Below are positions 24,682 through 34,898 of a DNA stretch of 64,000 nucleotides, one piece after another. Where the stretch lies: NCBI GenBank assembly GCA_002269645.1, contig NIVC01001667.1:1-64000 (forward strand), written 5' to 3'. The translations under genes and the position numbers were made by a program. This DNA is from Macrostomum lignano (Eukaryota). Position 1 is the stretch's first letter. The number at the start of each line of letters is the position of its first letter. Under the pieces are notes generated by a model. It did no database searches. It was not told the origin of the DNA and saw nothing but the letters and a program-made list of their open reading frames with translations.

Positions 24682-25700
24682 GTCACCTGGAGATCACCTG
24701 TTAGAGAAGACAGCTACAGGGGTCACCTGGAGCTCACCTGTTAGAGAAGACAGCTACAGGGGTCACCTGGAAATCACCTGTTAGAGAAGACAGCTACAGG
24801 GGTCACCTGGAAATCATCTGTTAGAGAAGACAGCTACAGGGGTCACCTGGAGCTCACCTGTTAGAGAAGACAGCTACAGGGGTCACCTGGAGCTCACCTG
24901 TTAGAGAAGACAGCTACAGGGGTCACCTGGAAATCACCTGTTAGAGAAGACAGCTACAGGGGTCACCTGGAGATCACCTGTTAGAGAAGACAGCTACAGG
25001 GGTCACCTGGAGCTCACCTGTTAGAGAAGACAGCTACAGGGGTCACCTGGAAATCACCTGTTAGAGAAGACAGCTACAGGGGTCACCTGGAAATCATCTG
25101 TTAGAGAAGACAGCTACAGGGGTCACCTGGAGCTCACCTGTTAGAGAAGACAGCTACAGGGGTCACCTGGAGCTCACCTGTTAGAGAAGACAGCTACAGG
25201 GGTCACCTGGAAATCACCTGTTAGAGAAGACAGCTACAGGGGTCACCTGGAGCTCACCTGTTAGAGAAGACAGCTACAGGGGTCACCTGGAGCTCACCTG
25301 TTAGAGAAGACAGCTACAGGGGTCACCTGGAGCTCACCTGTTAGAGAAGACAGCTACAGGGGTCACCTGGAAATCACCTGTTAGAGAAGACAGCTACAGG
25401 GGTCACCTGGAAATCACCTGTTAGAGAAGACAGCTACAGGGGTCACCTGGAAATCACCTGTTAGAGAAGACAGCTACAGGGGTCACCTGGAGCTCACCTG
25501 TTAGAGAAGACAGCTACAGGGGTCACCTGGAGCTCACCTGTTAGAGAAGACAGCTACAGGGGTCACCTGGAAATCACCTGTTAGAGAAGACAGCTACAGG
25601 GGTCACCTGGAGCTCACCTGTTAGAGAAGACAGCTACAGGGGTCACCTGGAGCTCACCTGTTAGAGAAGACAGCTACAGGGGTCAACCTGGAAATCACCT
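24682..25700. repeat. 40-bp minisatellite, about 25 copies (GGGTCACCTGGAGCTCACCTGTTAGAGAAGACAGCTACAG)
   Basis: Highly homogeneous units with GAGC/AAAT variants, starting about 65 nt after the CD36 copy 1 stop codon. Confidence 0.97.
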
Positions 25701-25763
25701 ATTGAACCCCGAATCAGCTGTCAGTCAGTCAGAGCACATCCAGTAGAACCGAGGCCCCAGCTG

Positions 25764-28700
25764 TCACACAATGTCAGTCTCAGGCAGGGCTGGCGCATCT
25801 TTCAGCAGCCGCTCTTCAATATCGGCACCAGTTTTCGGCTTCTCCACTTTATCCAGCTGCCCAGCGTCATCGCCGGTTCGAAGTTTCAACTTGGACTCCT
25901 CCGAGTACAGGTCGGCCAAGTCGCTGCTGTTCATCGACTCCAGCGGCTGCTCCTGCCTTCTGGCAGCTCGGATTCGGTCGGCCACTCGCAGTCGAATCTC
26001 CAGGCTGCAGACGACGCAGCACAGGATGAGCAGCGCCAGGCCCGCGGCCAGCAGCAGCCAGGAGATCAGGCTCGACAGGCGCAGCGGTTGAAGTACTCGG
26101 CCGCGGAATCTGGCCGCCGCCTCGACGCCGATGCCGCCGCTCTCGTTCAGCCAGGCGTAGGGCATCAGCAGCGGGCTGGAGAATCGGTCAGTGTCCGAGA
26201 ATCCGGCCACCTGCTCCAGGGCCGCGTTGATCTGTGAGGGTTGGAGAGGGTTGGCATGGCCAATGAGAGCTGGGGCAGGGTTAGGGAGGGACAGGCTGGC
26301 CAATGAGAGCCGGGCAGGGTAAGGGAGAGTCGGACTGGCCAATGAGAGCCAGGGCAGTGTTGAGGAGGGACAGGCTGGCCGGCAGGGTTAGGGAGGGACA
26401 GGCTGGCCAATGAGAGACGGGACAGGGTTAGGGAAGGACAGGCTGGCCAATGAGAGACGGGACAGGGTTAGGAAGGGACAGGCTGGCCAATGAGAGCCGG
26501 GCAGGGTTAAGGAGGGACAGGCTGGAGTGCCCGTCATCGCGCTGGACGCGAACATCCGCAACCTGATTCGAATCAAGCTGTCAGCCGAGGAGGCCAATTC
26601 GCCTCACAAGCTGCATCTGCTGTGGAACTTCGTCAGCAGACAGGTGTCGCTCATGTACCTGAACTTCCCGAAGGACTGCAACATCGGCGGCGCCACCAAG
26701 TTCGGCAGAGCCGTCGTCGACACGATCCCGGTGATGTCGGCCACCGCGGACTCCATCGTGCCGCTCATCGACACCAAGCTGGTCGTGTTGAAGGTCGACA
26801 TCGAAGGAGGCGAAGGCGAGTTCTTCAAGAGCGCGCAGAAGCTGTTCGACACCTTCACGATTCCCGTGGTGCACATGGAGTGGCTGAGGAAGCACATGAG
26901 CGAGGAGGAGCGCCAGTTCATGATCAGCTTCTTCGCTGAGAGGCGCTACAGCGCGAGGAGCACGAACGATCTGACGAAGTTGATCAACATCAGCCACACA
27001 GGGTATCAGGGAGATGACCTTGTTTGGGTGCACAAGAACTTCGAGGATGCAGACGGTATTGTTAACTTAAATTGAGCATGTACGCTCGTAGCGATTTCTG
27101 ATCTGTTTCACTGAAAGGCGCGTGTTATTATGCCAGCTTTGTAGACCATCTTTATGCGTGTTTTGTAGTCATAAAATGTCTGATTTTTTATAAGTGCATT
27201 GATCGCTGCAGAATATAGTTTTTTTGATTTTTACTCATTTTTGACTTGGTTCGTATCTACTAACAGCTAATAAGGATAAGAAAATTAATTTAGCTAACTA
27301 GATTATAGTTTTTTAATATTGACATTGATATCTTCCTAAACTATTGGCAATACAATCTCAATATACTAAAACCGACGCGATGTTTGTCTGTATGTTGTAA
27401 GTGAACTCCTACAATACTGCCAAGTCAGCGTCGAAAGTTATATGGGAAAACTGCAAATTTTCCGGAGCAGGCTTTAGGCTATTTATACTCTAAAATACAA
27501 TACCTCAATACTCGTATATGGATTTATTTGTGTGGTTAAAAAGGGTCGGACTAGCCGGGGTAGTGTTGGGGAGGGACAGGCTTGCCAGTGAGAGTCGGGA
27601 CAGGGTTAGGGAAATGACAGGCTGGCCAATGAGAGCCGGGGTAGGGTTAGAGAGGTCGGACTGGCCAATGAGAGCCGGGGTAAGGGTTAGGGAAGGGACA
27701 GGCTGGCCATTGAGAGCCGGGGTAGGGTTAGGGAAGGGACAGGCTGGCCAATGAGAGCTTAGGCAGGGTTGGGGAGAGACAGGCTGGCCAATGAGAGCCG
27801 GGGCAGGGTTGGGGAGGGTCGGGTTAGCCAATGAGAGCCGGGAAAAGGGTCAGGGAGTGTCGGGCAAGTCAACGAGAGCTGGGACAGGGTTAAGGAGGGT
27901 CGGGCTGGCCAATGAGAGCTGTTGTTAGGTTTATGGAAGTTGGGGCTTCATGCGCAATGAGATCTGGTTATCCCATACACACAATTTTAGGTGTCATAAA
28001 AGTTTGCACCTGCATTCTCCTGGCAGCCCGCAGCAGCAGACCCGTATTGGGCTCCACCTCCAGTCGGGTGTTGAACTCAAACGGTGGCTCCCCATCGGCC
28101 GGTGCCGCAGGCTGAAGGCTGACCGCCGCCCTGTAGGTTGGCGCGCCGTGAAAGTGCGGCGCCGAGGCTACAATTGGCGGGTTGCCGGGCAGGCAGAGGG
28201 TCAGGTTGAGCACCCCGCTGTCCAGACAGCGCGGAGTGCAAAATGCGGCATTGTCGGGATTGGCGGATGCGTTCATCATGGAGGATTTGGCGACCTGAAA
28301 TCGGAGCACGGGAATCTCTCGAACTCTGTCGTCGCCAGAGTAGCTGAGGTCGGCGCTGCGGCACAGGTCTGGGGTGAACACCTTCAGGGAGCTGCCGGCC
28401 GACACAGGCGGAGGGAACATCGAGCCGTCGCTGCTGCCGGTTAGTCGGTTGCCGAAGTCACCCGGCCAGACCTCCAGCTTGGATTGGCCGTTCCAGCGCT
28501 GCACCTGGCTGAGGTCGGCGAGGCTGGCCGACCCTGTGCCAACCAGAGCGGTGCCCTTGGCCGAGTTGTTCTTGCCGACCAGCAGGCCAAACTTCTCCGG
28601 CACTTTCTGGCCGAGTTTGCGAAGGATTCCTCGCATCTGAGATTGAAGGTAATTAGGGACTGTGATTGAGAGGCTCTCTCACCTGAACTATAATTGGTGT

Positions 28701-29288
28701 AATTATGCCAGCCTAATTGGGGGGCTCTCTCACTGAATCATTTTATGCTACCTAAATTGAAGAAGATTCATAAAAAAATTGCATAATTAACTGGCCATAC
28801 CGTAAATGAAGATTTACCTGAATTTAAATAGCTGTCACTATACTACTACAAGTATGGTTATCAGAGCGTTATTATTATCAACTAACCTTTTTTAACGCGG
28901 GATCCTCATATCCCAGCAGCAGTTCGTGAGCTGTCCTATTAGACAGTATGCCTCCGCCGTGCTGTGCGAAGAAGTTCTGCATGATATTTCTGTAGAACAC
29001 AGACTTGCCTCTCATTTTCAAGGCAATGGTCAGGTAGGGCAGGTTCACATTTGTAATGACAAAGTCGTGCATGCTGCCTACTGACTCCTCGGACAGGAAG
29101 TAGTATGCCCGAACATCGTCGTAGCTAACTGTGGCATTTTCGTAGAATTTCACGCCGTCCCGGGTTCGAGTCTCGGCAAAGGTGAACGGGCCCACCTGTT
29201 CGAGACTGGGCTTTGCGCCTTCCTGTTGATAGAAATAAGTTCCAATCAATTTAGGAGGTAAAACGTCTGTCTTTCTGTCTGTCTGTCG

Positions 29289-29384
<96 letters not shown>

Positions 29385-29393
29385 GTCTGTCTT

Positions 29394-29436
<43 letters not shown>

Positions 29437-29437
29437 T

Positions 29438-29496
<59 letters not shown>

Positions 29497-29599
29497 GTCT
29501 GTCTGTCTTTCTGTCTGTCTGTGTGTCTGTCTGTCTGTCTGTCTGTCTTTCTGCCTGTCTGTCTGTCTGTGTGTCTGTCTGTCTGTCTGTCTGTCTTAG

Positions 29600-29682
<83 letters not shown>

Positions 29683-29683
29683 G

Positions 29684-29768
<85 letters not shown>

Positions 29769-30298
29769 TTGACCGTTTGACAACTCGCATACAACGATTT
29801 TTATAAATCATGTGAAAACTGCAATTTAATCTTGTAGCATTAATCAGCTACAACCCTATTGACCATAGACAATACTCTATTTCTCGTTACTGTCTCAATC
29901 AAATAAAGCCGAGGCTAGCCAAGCCGAGCCGAGAGTTACAACCTTTCTATCTTGCTTCCACATAATAATTCCACTGCGTTCTAATTCACTCGCTACAAGT
30001 CAAACGGCATGACTCACCTGCATCACAGCCCACGAATTGGTGATATTCCACAGCCAGACCTGGAACCTCAGTTCGCTAGACACCCAGGAGCTGTAGGTCG
30101 GGCTGTCAGCAGAGATCGGCAGCAGCTTGGCGAGCTTGTCAGAGAACATGCCCCTGGCCAGGTGAGGGAGGGCCAGTCCCGCTGCGAGGCACAGCACGGC
30201 GCCGACCCCAGAAGACCGGAGGCCACTCGCCATTTGATCGTTGAAGAAGCGGAGGAACCGCTAGGAGAAGGAGAGTCTTCTGCTTCTTTTCGAGACAT
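25764..30298 (-). CDS. CD36/SR-B (LIMP-2-like) scavenger receptor, copy 1
   Basis: Four exons: 30018-30233 (or from ATG 30298 with one extra G at 30206-30209), 28887-29222, 28010-28636, 25764-26231; all phase 0 GT-AG. CD36 motifs [54 protein letters not shown]|IN, WLNES; two terminal TM helices. Confidence 0.92.
26245..26525. repeat. About 39-bp G-rich minisatellite (GGGACAGGCTGGCCAATGAGAGCCGGGCAGGGTTAGGGA), left block
   Basis: In CD36 copy 1 intron 3, directly next to the acceptor. Confidence 0.9.
26524..27075 (+). pseudogene. 5'-truncated FkbM methyltransferase, copy 3 (with 3' flank to about 27533)
   Basis: Starts abruptly at [10 protein letters not shown] (lacks anchor, stem and SAM motif I); downstream non-coding sequence matches the copy 2 3' flank (20843 to about 21170); AATAAA is changed to AATAAG. 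Confidence 0.88.
27543..27912. repeat. Same about 39-bp G-rich minisatellite, right block
   Basis: Same GGCTGGCCAATGAGAGCCGGG units as 26245-26525, same orientation. Confidence 0.9.
29264..29768. repeat. (TGTC)n microsatellite in CD36 copy 1 intron 1
   Basis: Direct read. Confidence 0.97.
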
Positions 30299-30534
30299 TT
30301 TTATTTTGCTTGTCTTTCGGTAAATCAGCTTCTGTTTCTTCTGTCTTGCTGTTCGTTATATTGCTGTAAAATATATCATGAAAGGACCTCACCTTATAGG
30401 CCAGCTTTTCAAACCCGATGAATAATGGTCTGACATTAATAGCACTGCCGCTGTGCCTCCACGTAAGCCGTGTAGTGCGAATCAAGTTGATATCTGGATT
30501 GGAAATTTCTTGATTAGCAAAGCAGGACGAAGTC

Positions 30535-31440
30535 TCTTAGTGTCTGTCTTAATGTCTTGGTGTCTGTCTTAATGTCTTGGTGTCTGTCTTAATGTCTTGT
30601 TGCCTGCCTTAATGTCTTGTTGTCTGTCTTAATGTCTTGGTGACTGTCTTAATGTCTTGTTGTCTGTCTTAATGTCTTGGTGTCTGTCTTAATGTCTCGT
30701 TGTCTGTCTTAATGTCTTGGTGTCTGTCTTAATGTCTTGTTGTCTGTCTTAATGTCTTGTTGCCTGTCTTAATGTCTTGTTGCCTGTCTTAATGTCTTGT
30801 TGTCTGTCTTAATGTCTTGTTGTCTGTCTTAATGTCTTGTTGTCTGTCTTAATGTCTTGTTGCCTGTCTTAATGTCTTGTTGTCTGTCTTAATGTCTTGT
30901 TGTCTGTCTTAATGTCTTGGTGTCTGTCTTAATGTCTCGTTGTCTGTCTTAATGTCTTGTTGTCTGTCTTAATGTCTTGTTGCCTGTCTTAATGTCTTGT
31001 TGTCTGTCTTAATGTCTTGGTGTCTGTCTTAATGTCTCGTTGTCTGTCTTAATGTCTCGTTGCCTGTCTTAATGTCTTGGTGTCTGTCTTAATGTCTTGT
31101 TGTCTGTCTTAATGTCTTGGTGTCTGTCTTAATGTCTCGTTGTCTGTCTTAATGTCTCGTTGCCTGTCTTAATGTCTTGGTGTCTGTCTTAATGTCTTGT
31201 TGTCTGTCTTAATGTCTCGTTGCCTGTCTTAATGTCTCGTTGTCTGTCTTAATGTCTTGTTGTCTGTCTTAATGTCTTGTTGCCTGTCTTAATGTCTTGG
31301 TGTCTGTCTTAATGTCTTGTTGCTTGCCTAATGTCCTGGTGCCTGTCCTAATGTCTTGTTGCCTGTCTTAATGTCTTGTTGTCTGTCTTAATGTCTTGTT
31401 GTCTGTCTTAATATTTAGGTGTCTCTCTTAATGTCTGTCT
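30535..31440. repeat. 20-bp minisatellite (TGTCTGTCTTAATGTCTTGT)
   Basis: About 45 units. Confidence 0.95.
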
Positions 31441-32004
31441 CAAAGTTGCTTTAAACAAGTTTATAAAATTCTTTTTTTTATCAAAATGCTACGAATCGCA
31501 CTGAAGAATAGTATTTATCAATATTCAATTCAGATCGTATTATGTTCATGATTGATGAAGGTCCGCAAGATTTTTCAATTTTCCATTCAATTTCGTTGTC
31601 AATTTAATGCCGAAAAAAACTCTAAGATGCTAGTTTCAAATTAGTGTTTCCACTTCAGATATTTATTGCTAGAAGTCCCGGCACTTGAGCTTAAATAATC
31701 TTAAAGCAAAGTGGAGCAGAGAAATTCGCAGCTGTGCGAACGAGAACTGAGTTCGGAGGTCCTCGCACGCGCCACCTCGGACTCGGGGGGTTTCTTCAGG
31801 TTTGGTCTTTATTGAATGTACACCCTGAGAGTAAACAGAGGCGTTCCATGCACACCCCCTGTCGAGCAAATGGCCTTGCGAGGCGCCATATAACTGCTCA
31901 TTGCTCATTGTGGCATGGATGACTAATTTTTTGCCTTTGCCTGTCTCCTAGAAGAAAAAGAATTCGAAAACCTTTCTACTTGTACCTGGCATGGAGTGAG
32001 GAAC

Positions 32005-32575
32005 AAAAATGAGAGATGAGGCGCCAAAATGAGGTTGAGGCTACAAAATGAGAGATGAGGTGCCAATATCAGTAATAAGGGGCCAAAATAAGAGATGAGG
32101 CGCCAAAATGATGCCAAAATGAGAGATGAGGCGCCAAAATGACGCCAAAATGAGAGATGAGGCGCCAAAATCAGTGATAAGGCGCCAAAATGAGAGATGA
32201 GGCGCCAAAATGAGGGATGAGGCGCCAATATGAGGGATGAGGCGCCAAATTGAGGTATGAGGCGCCAAAATGAGGTTGAGGCTACAAAATGAGAGATGAG
32301 GTGTCAATATCAGTAATAAGGGGCCAAAATAAGAGATGAGGCGCCAAAAAGACGCCAAAATAAGAGATGAGGCGCCAAAATGACGCCAAAATGAGAGATG
32401 AGGCGCCAAAATCAGTGATAAGGCGCCAAAATGAGGAATGAGGCGCCAAAATGAAACGAGGCGCCAAAATGAAACGAGGCGCCAAAATGAGGAATGAGGC
32501 GCCAAAATGAAACGAGGCGCCAAAATGAAACGAGGCGCCAGAATGAGAGATGAGGCGCCAGAATTAGTGCCAAGG
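32005..32575. repeat. About 20-bp minisatellite (GAGGCGCCAAAATGAGAGAT)
   Basis: Direct read. Confidence 0.9.
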
Positions 32576-32854
32576 CACCATAAAATCCGCGCAGTTAAAC
32601 AATTAAGTCCCGACTGTAATCAATAAAATGTTGGCTCTTGATCTTCCGCAATGGATTGACTTTACTTCAGTGTACTCATCAATGCTTTTATCTATAGAAA
32701 TGAATGCCTTCATTTCCGAGTTTGTTTTCAATTCCTGTTTACTAAAAGTGTGCGCTAGTAACTACAGTAGAGACTGACTTAGACAGTGTTTGTAATGATG
32801 GCAAATTTTTTTGTTCGACCTTCAGTGTAGATCGAAAACAGCTATAGCCTGCTT

Positions 32855-33700
32855 TCCCTGGTCCCTGGTTTGAGAGGTCCCTATTTTCAGAGGTCCCCGA
32901 TTTCATTGGTCCTTAGTTTCAGAGGTCCCTGGTTTTAGAGGTCCCTGGTTTCATTGGTCCCTGGTTTCAGAGGTCCCTGGTTTTAGAGGTCCCTGGTTTC
33001 ATTGGTCCCTGGTTTCAGAGGTCCCTGGTTTTAGAGGTCCCTGGTTTCAGAGTTCCCTGGTTTCAAAGGTCTCTGGTTTTAGAGGTCTCTGGTTTCAGAG
33101 TTCCCTGGTTTCAAAGGTCTCTGGTTTTAGAGGTCTCTTGTTTCATTGGTCCCTTGTTTCAGAGTTCCCTGGTTTCAAAGGTCGCTGGTTTCAGAGTTCC
33201 CTGGTTTCAGAGTTCCCTGGTTTCAAAGGTCTCTGGTTTTAGAGGTCTCTTGTTTCATTGGTCTCTTGTTTCAGAGTTCCCTGGTTTCAAAGGTCGCTGG
33301 TTTCAGAGTTCCCTGGTTTCATTGGTCCCTGGTTTCAGAGGTCTCTTGTTTCAGAGTTCCCTGGTTTCAAAGGTCGCTGGTTTCAGAGTTCCCTGGTTTC
33401 AGAGTTCCCTGGTTTCAAAGGTCTCTGGTTTTAGAGGTCTCTTGTTTCATTGGTCCCTGGTTTCAGAGGTCTCTGGTTTTAGAGGTCCCTGGTTTCAGAG
33501 TTCCCTGGTTTTAGAGGTCCCTGGTTTCAGAGTTCCCTGGTTTTAGAGGTCCCTGGTTTCAGAGTTCCCTGGTTTTAGAGGTCCCTGGTTTCAGAGTTCC
33601 CTGGTTTTAGAGGTCCCTGGTTTCAGAGTTCCCTGGTTTCAAAGGTCTCTGGTTTTAGAGGTCCCTGGTTTCAGAGTTCCCTGGTTTTAGAGGTCCCTAG
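32855..33700. repeat. 16-bp minisatellite (GGTCCCTGGTTTCAGA)
   Basis: Direct read. Confidence 0.9.
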
Positions 33701-34116
33701 TTAAATGATGGATTCCAAGAGACCAGTAAAAGACAGCTGGCTGACAAATTATTTAATCAATATGCATAGATTCGGAACTTGTTTAATAGATAAACAAAAT
33801 TATATTGATATATTTGTATATAAAAATAAGTTAATCCAATTAGATTTTAGATCGAAAAGCTCTTATTGTGCTTTGTATGAAAAGTAGAAAAGAATCCTGT
33901 TAAATTTATTGAATTTACGATATAAGCATAATGAGCTTTAGGGAATACAAAATATTGAATTTTTATTGTTTAATATAAGCAACTCTATGAAGAACAAAAA
34001 CAGTTATCATTTGGGGACTTACCGGACTCTTGTCTATGGCCAAACCTCATTCAGCTCTATGCCTTTCTCTAGAGCATAGTCCTTCTATCCTCAGTTGCCC
34101 AGCCTCACCTATGATT

Positions 34117-34747
34117 CAACTCACGTCTGCAGGCCAGATGAGAAAGGGAAGTCAAGAAAATAAGAGAATAAGATGAGAGATGAGAGAGGAGAGGCGAGAT
34201 ATGGTATCAGCGAAGAGATAAGAGAGAAAAGGGGAGAGAAGAGAGGAGAGCAGAGGAGGGAGGCAGAAGAGAGCAGAGCAGAGGAGAGAGACAAGAGAGG
34301 AGAGCAGAGGAGAGAGACAAGAGAGGAGAGCAGAGGAGGGAGACAGAAGAGAGCAGAGCAGAGGAGAGAGACAAGAGAGGAGAGCAGAGGAGAGAGACAA
34401 GAGAGGAGAGCAGAGGAGGGAGACAGAAGAGAGCAGAGCAGAGGAGAGAGACAAGAGAGGAGAGCAGAGGAGAGAGACAAGAGAGGAGAGCAGAGGAGGG
34501 AGACAGAAGAGAGCAGAGCAGAGGAGAGAGACAAGAGAGGAGAGCAGAGGAGAGAGACAAGAGAGGAGAGCAGAGGAGAGAGACAAGAGAGGAGAGCAGA
34601 GGAGAGAGACAGAAGAGAGGAGAGCAGAGGAGGGAGAGCAGAGAAGAGACACAAACCTTGAGCGCGCCAGATTGCTCTTGTGAAGCCTTTCAGGACCCGA
34701 TGGCCGGATAGAGAGGTTTCGTGGGCCGGAGTTAGCAGACCACACAT
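34117..34747. mobile_element. Possible hAT-Charlie-type MITE filled with GA-rich repeats
   Basis: Subterminal motifs CAACTCACG..GCAGGCCAGAT and GGGCCGGAGTTAGCAGACC; flanked by the direct repeat CTATGATT (34109-34116, 34748-34755). Termini are not cleanly inverted; GA-rich array at 34150-34650. Confidence 0.45.
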
Positions 34748-34898
34748 CTATGATTAGAAAGTTGTCCTGTTATTTTCTCTCGGAAGTGCTCAGAAGTGGT
34801 TTCGATTAAACAAAATGATAAGCTCACAAATAGAGAAACACACAGAATCAGAATTGGCAATTTATTAACAGAAAAATATAGTTGTTAATATAAAAAAA

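Noticed and set aside
24682-25700. CRISPR-like array (also considered for other regular repeats)
   Set aside because: No unique spacers, no cas genes, eukaryotic intron-containing context.
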